From: Octopus bimaculoides
Lineage: Eukaryota
Reading direction: 5' to 3'
DNA: 47,877 bases
Assembly (NCBI RefSeq): GCF_001194135.2
Contig: NC_068996.1
Coordinates: 51,996,662-52,044,538 of the forward strand
Within the stretch, counting starts at the first letter, position 1; each line of letters begins with the position of its first letter. Below the pieces are notes generated by a model. That model made no database searches, was not told the origin of the DNA, and saw nothing but the letters and a program-made list of their open reading frames with translations. Below are positions 36,853-47,682 of the stretch, piece after piece. The translations under genes were made by a program, and so were the position numbers.

Positions 36853-37596
36853 TTTTTTTGTGATATTTTTGTGACGTTTTTGCAGCTCTATTAATAATAT
36901 ATACATAAATATATATATATATTGTCAGTAGATCATATATCTTAAAAAGAAGCACTCTCTAACCATTAGAGCAGTAATGTATTTATAGGAAGTTAATTAT
37001 ATGGCCAGTCATAGAGTAACCAATAGTTTCACATCCATAAAGTGCTTAGCCTTATAGACAACTCATCAGTATATATAACAAAGCAAGAAAATGGAAATAT
37101 TTTGGTATTATTTATTCTCCATTGCACATTTTTCATTTGGTAATAAGAATTACAAAGGAACATTATATGATTTTTCTCTATCTGAAGATTTTCTAACAGG
37201 AAATTCCTTACATGTCTATATAGCATGGAACCCTTTGTAATTATTAACAAATGAGATACATGTAATGGTAAATAACTAATGCAAAAAAATTTCCATTTTC
37301 CCATTTTGTTATCCAACAACTGCAAATAATATTTCCATAATTATCAATTTTAATTTATGCTTTAATTTACATACAACAGTAACTATGGAGACATATTGAT
37401 TGTAATAATGGAATAAGCAGATGAGCTCCAAGAGGAAACAGCTGGGATTTACCCTAACTATCTATCAATCTATATAAACACACATGTGTGTATGTGTCTC
37501 TCTGTGTTTTTCCATCAACACCAGCACCACTTTGTAACTTAGCAAAAGTGACTCAGAGAATATGTACCAGGTTTAAAATGAAAAGTAGTGGGAATG

Positions 37597-37810
37597 GGCG
37601 ATCTTGCGTTACCAGTTCCAAAGCTGTCATTTAAACCACGTGTGTTTATTTACATCATATCGGCCTTTTCTGTAAAAGGGTTTTAGTGTTAGGGTTAGGG
37701 TTAGGGACGGAATTCCCTAACCCTAAAACCCCTTTACGGAAAAGGCTGATGTGATGTAAATAAACACGTGATTTAAGTGACAGCTTTGGAACTGGTAACG
37801 CAAGATCGCT
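37597..37810. mobile_element. Merlin-type palindromic MITE with 9-bp TSD and central telomeric repeats, inserted in a SINE (37490-37910)
   Basis: gtgggaatg|ggcgatcttgcgttaccagttcc ... ggaactggtaacgcaagatcgct|gtgggaatg. (TTAGGG)3 at 37689-37706 and (CCCTAA)2 at 37715-37726. Confidence 0.85.
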
Positions 37811-38911
37811 GTGGGAATGATTTATTCAGCTAAAAACCCTTCAAGGTGGAGCCCCAGAATGGATGCATTCCAGTGACTGAAACAAGTAAAAGATAAAAAA
37901 TACAATTCTATACATTCCTTCAAGTACGTCTTCCTCTATCACCCCTTGAACTACTCACACCATAAACAACCCTTTGACCAGTTCTCCTCCTATATTAAGG
38001 ACTTCTTCTGTCTCTCCTCCCCCTTCTCTGAAGTCATCCTTTTTGGTGACTTCAATACTCACAACTCTTTAGGAATCTCACAGACATCTCAGAAGATGAA
38101 TTCCTTGCTCTTCCCATCTCTTTACCTTCTTTTTGTATTCCAGCCCCATACTATACTCACCTGGTCTGATATGCAAAAGATGCCTTTGTGTATCACAAGA
38201 CCCTAAAAATTTCCCCCATTTCCCAAACTGTAACTAATCCTTCTTGTCCCTTGCCAAAAGGATCTCTACCAACCTTAGAATCCTCTTTTTCTCCTTGTCT
38301 AAACAACAATGTACCTTCCTAAAGAAAGCTTCTACCTTCACCACCTGCTTTGCATCTAACTGTACACTACACATCTTTGGCCATTCTCCTCCAAATCTAC
38401 CTTCTTCCACTTCAATAGGTTTCTTTCCTCACAAACCCACACACCAATGAAGAAATATTTCTGGTTGTTTCAAATAAACAATACCACCATTTATGACAAT
38501 GTCCTTTCCATTACACTCAAACAATATGCACCACAACTTGCTCCTACATTCCCCAAACTCTTTAATCTGTCATTTTCTACAAGGATACATTCTGACATTT
38601 AGAAACATGCTTCAAATATGTCCTATTCTATAAAAAGGTAACCCCTCTGACCCATCCAACTATTTTCCCATTCTAACATCTCTAAAACAATGGCGACAGC
38701 TATTAACAATGGTATTCCTTAACATCTGGAAATTCTCTTTCCCCTCAGCACAACTTCTGCAAGAAACCAATTTTTATATGCCATTCACCAGTGGGCAATT
38801 TCTTTAGAAAAATTTGGTGAAAGCAATGCTGAGGCTCTAAATGTCACCAAAGCTTTTGATTGTGTCTAACACAAAATTTCCTGCTTATGAGCTCTATGTC
38901 TTATTTCTTAA

Positions 38912-39152
38912 CCCTTTCATTACTAACCCAGCTGAAACCAGCTCTAGCTCTAGCTCTAGCTCTAGCTCTAGCTCTAGCTCTGAGTACAAATGTCTTGTTC
39001 TGAATTAAAATCTTCCACTAAACCTTAGTCACAATTTATGTTCTTAACACTAGATGAATGATAACTAAGTTATTTTACTAAATTCTTTGTTATATTTAAA
39101 ATTAATAGAAAGAAACACAGAGCATCTCAACAGAAATATGGTAACAAAAGGG
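38912..39152. mobile_element. piggyBac-like MITE copy 1, containing (GCTCTA)n
   Basis: TTAA|ccctttcattac ... gtaacaaaaggg|TTAA. Confidence 0.85.
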
Positions 39153-39183
39153 TTAAAATATATAATAGAGAAACAATTCTTAA

Positions 39184-39404
39184 CCCTTTAGATACTAACC
39201 CAGCTGAAACTGCCTCTGGCTCTGGGTACAAATGTCTTGTTTTCATAAGTTTTGAATGAAAATCTTCCACCAAACCTTAGTCACAATTTATGTTCCTAAC
39301 ACTAGCTTAATGATAATGAAGTTATTTTACTAAATTCTTTGTTATATTTAGAATTAATTGAAAGAAACACAGAGCATCTCAAAAGAAATACTGTAACAAA
39401 AGAG
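39184..39404. mobile_element. piggyBac-like MITE copy 2 (same family, same orientation)
   Basis: TTAA|ccctttagatac ... gtaacaaaagag|TTAA. Body aligns with copy 1. Confidence 0.85.
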
Positions 39405-42400
39405 TTAATCAGAATTATACCATGCTGTTGATGTGGCTCGTTTTATTATCTCATCCTTAATCAACTCTAGTATCCTTCAGGGTTGATTGAAACCATCCGA
39501 TTCTCTTCTTCCTATAACAACCTTCTATTTGCTGCAACATGCAGCAATATTCGTTTTTATGTAAACAACACAACTTTTCATTTTTTTTCCTTGACCATAC
39601 ATTGTCCATATTGATTCCATAAACAAAGACATGGAGAACATTGAGACCATGCCAACTATTGTTGGCATTGAGACCATACCGTTTCTTTTTTAGCATTAAA
39701 AAAAAAAACTCAAGCATTATTCATATCAAGAAAACACTACCTCACTACACCCACTCAAGACATGTACAGCTAGGGCTGCAATAGGTTAATCCACATTACT
39801 ATATGGGGAGTATAAGGCAAGTTTCCCCAGCTCCTCTGGTGTATATAGTCCTTCCTGGATGGGACCCGGGTCCATTTTTACCAGCTGAGTGAACTGGAAC
39901 AACATGAAATGAAATGTTTTTCCTTGTGCAGGAATCGAAACCACAATCTTAGGATCGCAAGTCCAACAACCTAACCACTAAGCCATCTGCCTCCACAAGA
40001 GCTGCTATAGTCACTCCAAATGCTAGGATTTAATATCATCTTAGATCTCACCTGGAAAAAAACACCACATCTTTAGCATAGCTACGATTGCATAGAAAAT
40101 ATTGGCTCTTTTCGCCTGGGCCGGAAGTTATTCCAATCCCCAACAGCTGCTGATACTTAACAAATCTCAAGTGGGGTTCACAGTGGAAAAGTGCCCCCGC
40201 ATCAAGGATAGTATCTAGTGCTAAACGAACACTTTGGACTGCACCTAAGTGAAGTCCCACTCAGATGATTGGCATTCAATCACTAATAGACATGCTCCTG
40301 TCCCTCGATTTTACTGTCTCTTCTCTATCATTATTACAATGTCCTCTATGTATCTTTGAAGCTTGAAGGTCTCACTTCTCCACATCTTAAATACTAGTAA
40401 CCCACAAAGCATGCAAAATATAAATGTGTTTGTACTATGTATATAGGTATGATAGTACAATGTTGTATAATTATATATAGTGTCGGTTTTACATAAGTAT
40501 GATAGTAGTTGCACTGCATATACAGGTATGACAGTATAGTGTTAGTATTATATAGTTATAATAGTAGTGTTTGTATCATATTGATACGATGATATAAAGT
40601 TTGTACTGTGAATTGATATGACAATAAAGTGTTTGCTGTAAATATTAAAACTTCGGCATCAATTCTGATCGAATACATCTACAACCAAAAACGTTTCAGC
40701 CATGACTCTCAAGTGTATTTGCGTAATGGCAACTGTATTAAGGAGCGGGATTTGGCTGCAATTTCTATTAGGTTAAACTACCTCGAAGAGGCTGCGTCAT
40801 AGATAAAATACTTGTATTTCTTAAATTTCTTAGTGTATTGTTAATAAGGTATGGTTAATAATGTTAAACACATATTTCACAAATAATATATCCATTTATT
40901 AAATACATGCACATGGGCTACACTGTGCAATATTGTTTATCTTAATACATGCAGTAATATCCCACGCATTAAAATGTCCGAACGTGATATATATATGTAT
41001 AACGGAGGAGACTGGTTTTCTGGGTTGCCCTGGGTGAGATACCCAGGATACCTCATAAACAAGCCTCCTCATTATAATATTAACTGTTCTGCAGAGTGTG
41101 CTTCTCCAGATTTGTTTTCTACAAACGATACACACACACACACATATATATATATATGTGTGTGTGTATGTATGTTTATACATAGTTGATCTTTCGGTAC
41201 TAGATCCCATAACTTCCTCTCGTTGTGCGCACGCATACTGATTACATTATCGTTTCGCGTGTTTAAAACCACGTGTGTTTATTTACTTTTCTGAATAACA
41301 TCGGCGATTTCCGTAAAAAAAATATGGGGTTGGAGGGAAAGGGGGTCTTTTGAAGTCGGTGTGAAAGCGAAAGAGATAGAGAGAGAGCGCGATTTGATCA
41401 GGAAAAATCTTTTGTAGTTCGCACGTGTGTGTGTGTGTATGTGAAGTTCTTTTGTTAGTGTGTGAAGAGACAGAGTGTAATGTTGCTGGTGTGTGTATGT
41501 GTGTGAGAGAGAAAAAGAGAGAGGGGGTTATGTATGTATGTATGTATGGCTACATACACACGCTCACACGTACGCAGGTTGTTATGTATGTGTGTGTATG
41601 TGAATGGCTTCAGTGACACACACACACACACAAACACATACTTACGTACACCTATTGCATACATTTTTTTGTACGTATACATGTGTATGTGCGTGTAAGG
41701 GAGGGAGAGGAAGAGAGAGAGAGAGGGGGTATGTTTTTTTTTTGTTTTTGTTTTTGCTTGTTGTTTGCATGTATGTTTATGTAAAAGTCTGCTATGTAGA
41801 AAACGATGAGGTTGATTCAATGGAATAATGACAGTGGACGAAGTTATAGACAATTTTCTTTTTATATTTAACCGTTACATTTGCCTTCTCGACTGCTACT
41901 GTGCAGCCTTAATTTTCTGCTTGTCCTGTTCTCACCATTCTGGCATCATGCAAGGGACTGATAGAATAATGTCTGTTGATGCGACGATGGTGAAATAGTA
42001 AGAGAAAGACGGGAGAGTTATAAAGTGAGGAGGAGATATTCTTCTCATGAGAAATGAGTTGCATGTAAAAGAAAAAAAAGTTAAGAGTCTACAGTTGTGC
42101 ACAGAAACTGGGTGCAAACACGCATATATGCATGTGTAAACATTGTACTGTGCAGCAAAAGGAGTGGACAGTACAAAATGAGTAACGAAAAGTGACAAAA
42201 CCTGGTTGGTTATAGTGAAAGGTCTATGCAGAAAAGTGAGAAAAGGTTTGTTCTCTTGGTTGGATAGATGTTCTAAATGTTGCAATTATGTGGGGCAACC
42301 GTTTCCCTAGTGGATCTGTGCATCGAATTGTAGTATATTGTCTGCCATATGGAAAGTAATTGGTGTGTGTCCATTGAGTCGGTGACTTCCTTCCTTTCGT

Positions 42401-43493
42401 GTTGTGTGACAATGGAACTGAAAAATTACCCTGAAAACTGTGTGTCGTGAAAGTTCGTGTTGTGTAATTCTTGTTGATGCGACTGGCATGGACTGTAATT
42501 TTTTTTCAAGAGGTCATGCGATGCTGAAGCAATAACTTTGAAGTCGAGCTCACCAAATTGTAATGGATAAGGTAACGGAGACTGCAATTCTGTAGGAGTC
42601 AACAATTGTGACAGGGTTGTTGTGTTCGAATCACATTCTGGACACATCGTTGTATCGTTGTGGTTGATGTATTCTAATAACGTCGGTCTAACACCAATTG
42701 TCGAAGCCGTCTGGCAGTGAACCATGTTGTGTGTAATAACAAGAGCTTTGCTCGCTGGTTTTAGTCGACAGCGAGATGTGTTCTGTTGTCATTCTGTCAG
42801 TAGAGAGAGAAAGAGTAGGTAATGCTCGATGCTGACAATAGAGAACGTGAAGGTGGCATTGTCACTTCTTGATTTCGGCCGACTGTAGAAATAGAGGTAT
42901 ACCACCGTGATTGCTATTGTTTTCGTGTGGTGTCCGTGTAGACCCACTAAAGGTTTTAAGTTAAATGGAAAACACATCGATTGACTTAGCAAAGCCATGT
43001 GATGAAAGTAACTCAAAGAACAATGCAGTTGATTCGTTAGCAGGAATTTACTGATTTAGGTTCGAATTTAATCTATGTCCAAATGAATTCACTACATATG
43101 TATAAGTAGCTAGAGTTTGTTCTAACCATTTCTCTTATTTCTGTAAAATGCACTTCTGTTTTGAAAATTGTGGATGCAAATTTCAGAGAAGGAAATGGAA
43201 ATGTTATTAACTGTGCGTGGTAGCAATTTGTTTTTTTGTTTGTTTTTTTAATTTGGTTCAAACTTTCGATGTAATGATTACCAATTCAAAAGTCATTAAA
43301 AAAAAAGACAAATTAAAAATTAAACAGTAGACCAAATTTTGCTTACACGGGTTACTTCCGTGTGTAGAAGACGATTTTGTAAAGGTATTTTAAAATTCCG
43401 AAAATCATACAAGATACAAGATCTGAAAGACGCATGGAGAAAAAGAAAAAAAGAAATGCAGATTACAAAAAAAAAAAAGATAATAATAATAAT

Positions 43494-43877
43494 GTGGCTG
43501 TGTGGTAAGTAGCTTGCTTACCAACCACATGGTTCCGGGTTCAGTCCCACTGCGTGGCACCTTGGGCAAGTGTCTTCTACAATAGCCTCGGGCCGACCAA
43601 AACCTTGTAAGTGGATTTGGTAGACGGAAACTGAAAGAAGCTCGTCGTATATATGTATATATATGTGTTTGTGTGTGTGTGTTTGTCCCCCCAACATCGC
43701 TTGACAACCGATGCTAGTTTGTTTACGTCCCTGTAACTTAGTGGTTCGGCAAAAGAGACCGATAGAATAAGTACTAGGCTTACAAAGAATAAGTCCTGGG
43801 TTCGATATACTCGACTAAAGGCGGTGCTCCAGCATGGCCACAGTCAAATGACTGAAACAAGTAAAAGAGTAAAAGAG
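43494..43877 (+). mobile_element. Young full-length tRNA-derived SINE
   Basis: A box tggctgtgtgg, B box ggttcagtccc, internal (TA)/(TG) tract, tail gtaaaagagtaaaagag. CpGs are retained. Confidence 0.92.
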
Positions 43878-43966
43878 AATATAAAGTTATACAGATTCCC
43901 ATGAATTTGAGGCTAAATTAAACAACGGAACACATTTTATGAACTTCATAAAACATGTTTTTGAAA

Positions 43967-44494
43967 TCATACAGGATAATACTGTCTAATACATTTTATG
44001 AAGCTCATAAAAGTATTACTGGTGTTGTAACGTCGCCACTCTACAACAACATCTCCTATGTGGTCAAAGCACCACATAGCACAAACGTCGCGGAAGTAAT
44101 TGTACCAGTTGACAATTGCTTCTGGTCCAATTCCAACTTGACGCATCACAACACTCTGTTTATATTCCATTTCTGCCCAGTAATACATTAACTCGGGGAA
44201 ACGAGTCAATGGTAGATGGGATTCCGTGAAAAACGAGTCTCGCCTAATGCTACGAGTTCGTCCACAAACAGTACACCCCCACAATTTCCCATCGGATATT
44301 GTATTGCGCGTTTTAAGGTACATCCGCTCATTACAGCATTCCGACGAATTGTGGATCAATCCCACAGATGCCAGGAATTGGTTTGTTGAATCCGCGTTAT
44401 TCGTTATGACAATAATGTCTCGCAGATTGTGATGTCTTTGAATTATGTCATAAACGGAAAGGACAGATTGAACAATTCTATATCGTCCAGCCAT
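43967..44494 (-). CDS. Merlin (IS1016/IS1595-like) transposase derivative, 175 aa, in-frame deletion of the DDE core
   Basis: CCNERMYL..DGKLWGCTVCGRTRSIRRDSFFTESHLPL..VNWYNYFRDVC (Merlin N-terminus) joined directly to WRR..TFMSFIKCIRQYYPV (Merlin C-terminus). No internal stops. Confidence 0.8.
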   Translation of the reverse strand: MAGRYRIVQSVLSVYDIIQRHHNLRDIIVITNNADSTNQFLASVGLIHNSSECCNERMYLKTRNTISDGKLWGCTVCGRTRSIRRDSFFTESHLPLTRFPELMYYWAEMEYKQSVVMRQVGIGPEAIVNWYNYFRDVCAMWCFDHIGDVVVEWRRYNTSNTFMSFIKCIRQYYPV

Positions 44495-45250
44495 AGTGGG
44501 ATCTAATGGAAGAGTATATGATGTAGGTGTCTTAGGAATTGTGAGACAATGTACAGGAGAGTCTGTTGCCAGATATGTGGTGTGTGTGTGTGCGAAATTC
44601 TGCCTGTGTTTGTGTGTACAGGCGTGCGTGTGCAAAATGAAAATAAAATTAAAGATTTCTTTCAAACCTCTCTGCAGTGAAAAATGAAGAGTGAGACAGA
44701 CAGATTCTGATTTCCAAACTTCTCTGCATCCAAGGGCTTCCTGATTCATACTAACAAGAATTGAATTACGGCCCTGAATTTATATAATACATTTCAAAAG
44801 AAATAATATTAAAAAAAAAAAATTAATGAAAACGTACCTATCAATCTGATCATAAAATCGTCAACAAACATAAAATAAAGAAACTGAGAGAAACAAAAAG
44901 TTGGCCCCACACACACATACATCCTTTCTGGGTGTCAGAATTACTTTTCATCAAGGTCTTTCGCCTATTTTCATGCAGCCCCAGTGTGTGCGTGTATGAG
45001 TGATGTTGATGGATAGAGACCTTTCAACATTGCAAGTTTGTCATAGATTATATTTTTTCTGGAGGGACATAAAAAAACAATGCCAAACAAGAACTATCCC
45101 TAAAGTGCAAAAACAAGCGGAAAAAATATATAAATTTTATACTTTTTCTTTTTATATACATATATATAGACACACACACAAATATAGATGTATCTATATA
45201 TATATATAAATATAAATATGTACATACATATACGTATATACATACATAGG

Positions 45251-45257
<7 letters not shown>

Positions 45258-45336
<79 letters not shown>
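45258..45336. repeat. Long (TA)n microsatellite within a degenerate TA/CA-rich tract (45150-45540)
   Basis: Direct reading. Confidence 0.95.
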
Positions 45337-45341
<5 letters not shown>

Positions 45342-45501
45342 CAAGATTTACATATACATATACGTATATATACATATAGGATGTGTGTGCGTGTATATAT
45401 ATATATATATGTATGTATAAAGATATATACATATACATACGTAGATGTATATACATATATCTAAGCACAAGTATATATATGTACATATATCTAAGCACAA
45501 G

Positions 45502-45538
<37 letters not shown>

Positions 45539-45639
45539 TCCGAAGGTTGTCACAGCCGAGGGTGGTAGTAGGGATAAGCGCCCACTATTTACAAAATGCT
45601 CCCATATGGCGTATGTCTCAGAAAGCCTCTGACAACCAA

Positions 45640-45688
45640 AGTCCAACTCTCGGCCTGCTCGTGGCGGAACTGCTTTTACAGACAGGAG
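45640..45688 (+). ncRNA. Candidate HDV-like ribozyme without P4 in the RTE 5' region
   Basis: P1 agtcc/gg(a)act, P2 ctctcg/caggag, P3 gcc/ggc, L3 tgctcgt, P1.1 gc/gc, J4/2 CAGA. Confidence 0.45.
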
Positions 45689-45842
45689 AAGGGGCGAAGG
45701 CGGGTCTCTGGTGCCTTAAAACCAAATGCTTCGGGTAGTTGGGGCTCGTCAGCCTAAGAAGGCTGCCTATCTAGGAGAAGGAAAACTCTTATTTCAAACC
45801 TCCACCGCTGCCTTGTGGCAGTATCCAGTCATGGAAAAGGCT

Positions 45843-46234
45843 TATAGGAAAGTTGGTTATACCTGACTTTCCTATATAAAATTATAGAATATAACGAAAC
45901 GCTGAGCTCTAGACTATCAACTTAAACAACATTTATTCGGGTGGTAAATATATACATCTTTAGCTCTTGTTGTTACAGCTTCTGTGTGTGTGAGCATAGT
46001 TGTTGGGACGTTGTTATGTAGATGTAAGCGAGCTGTCGAGCGTAAGTCCGAAAGATGGAGAGAGACAGCTAAACACGTAAAGAGACTGTCTCCAGAGTTG
46101 GAATGCTGGAGACACTGCTTGACACGTCCATGCTCATGGCCGGCCGACCGAGAAAGAGATAGAATTAAGCGGGAAAGCTTGCTTGTTTAATTCCACGCAT
46201 GCGTGAGACTACGCATGCGCACGGCGTTACTACA
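45843..46234 (-). mobile_element. Solo-LTR-like insertion, TG...TA ends, 4-bp TSD (ggct)
   Basis: ggct|tataggaaag ... ggcgttactaca|ggct. AATAAA on the minus strand. Removing it rejoins the RTE 5' UTR. Confidence 0.8.
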
Positions 46235-47403
46235 GGCTTCAGGAGTAAACCTCAAAGAAAAATCCAGAGTCGGAGCCCCTAAGGCAGCTCGATGCATATT
46301 TCAACTTCGTTCTGGCAGCTTCTGCGACCGCGTTGATGCCAAACTGTGGCAGTCCTACTGNNNNNNNNNNNNNNNNNNNNNNNNNNNNNNNNNNNNNNNN
46401 NNNNNNNNNNNNNNNNNNNNNNNNNNNNNNNNNNNNNNNNAGAGATCTTCGAATCTCACTGGACAACTACCGCCCGCCCCAGGCTGGGCAGCCCCCAGCC
46501 AGTAAGGTGTTGTCCCGTCACGGTCTGCCATCTTCATTGGTTGCATGGGAATTAGGAGAACATCCGACAAGCAGACCGTTAGTCACAGCACCAGTTAACA
46601 ACAAAATAAGACCTTCAAGAAAGAGACCAGCTCTAAATCTGGGATGTTGGAATGTCCGGTCAATGATGCCCGCTTTTTCCCAAGATTTGTAGGATGTCCG
46701 TGACGCCAGGAAAACAGCTGTCATCAACGACGAGCTCANNNNNNNNNNACGCCAGGAAAACAGCTGTCATCAACGACGAGCTCAAAAGACTGGATATCGG
46801 CATTACCACCCTGCAAGAAACACGGCTAGCTGGTGCAGGCACACTGAAGGAGAAGGACTACACATTCTTCTGGCAAGGGAAGAACTTCGACGAGCCTAGA
46901 GAGCATGGAGTGGGCTTTGCAGTAAGGAACAGCTTGCTGAATATGGTAGAACCGAACAGCGGTGGCTCTGAGCGATTCCTAACACTTCGCCTTAACACCA
47001 CCGAAGGCCCCGTCAACCTCGTCAGTGTGTACGNNNNNNNNNNCCTTAACACCACCGAAGGCCCCGTCAACCTCGTCAGTGTGTACGCTCCAACGCTGTC
47101 CGCCACTTCGGACATCAAGGATGAGTTTTACGAGAACTTTGTATCTACCACCAGGAATATAGCGAGTACCGAACAGCTTGTTCTCCTGGGCGACTTCAAC
47201 GCCAGACTGGGTGCAAGACAGCGACTCGTGGCCCTCTTGCCTTGGTCCGTTTGGAGTGGGAAAACTCAATGAGAATGGTCAGCGACTGTTCGATCTTTGT
47301 GCCCTTCACAACCTGTGCATCGCCAACTCCTTCTTCAAAACGAAGCCTCAACACAAGGTCTCCTGGAGACACTCGCGCTAAAAGCACTGGCACCAATTGG
47401 ATC

Positions 47404-47682
47404 TGTAGTAACGCCTTGTCTCGTGCGCATGCGTGGAATTCAACATCTAAAACGTTCCCGCTCTTTTCATTCTCTTTCTCGGCCGGCCGGCCATGAGCTC
47501 AGACGTCCAACAACAGAGCTCTCTCACAGAAGGCGTCTCAGCAACCAAGATTAAGGCTGCCTATTTCCTCGGTAAATAAATATTGTTGTGTTGACAGTTC
47601 AGAGTCAGCGTTACGTTGTTTCTTTTGAATTTAATATAGGAAAGCGGGTGTACACCTAATGGTGTATAACCACTTTCCTATA
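47404..47682 (+). mobile_element. Solo-LTR-like insertion (same family), 4-bp TSD (gatc)
   Basis: gatc|tgtagtaacgcc ... ctttcctata|gatc. AATAAA at about 47575. Removing it restores RTE HWHQLDLILIRR. Confidence 0.85.

Larger units (their letters stand above)
36630..36897. mobile_element. pLTR-like unit with an inverted partial copy forming a 187-bp palindrome (36711-36897)
   Basis: Arms 36711-36802 and 36804-36897 are complementary around a single T. Confidence 0.85.
37915..40380 (+). mobile_element. Degenerate Jockey/CR1-like LINE (endonuclease and RT), interrupted by MITEs and a SINE; related piece at 33950-34260
   Basis: EVILFGDFNTH, KKGNPSDPSNY, ALNVTKAFDCV and DLTWKKH..QQLLILNKSQV motifs. 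Confidence 0.7.

Noticed and set aside
43494-43560. tRNA gene
   Set aside because: A/B boxes are present, but there is no cloverleaf and the sequence continues into a SINE body found many times in the window.
46699-47090. Exact 36-44 bp duplications either side of 10-N gaps
   Set aside because: Typical contig-overlap assembly artefacts; without them the RTE frame is continuous.
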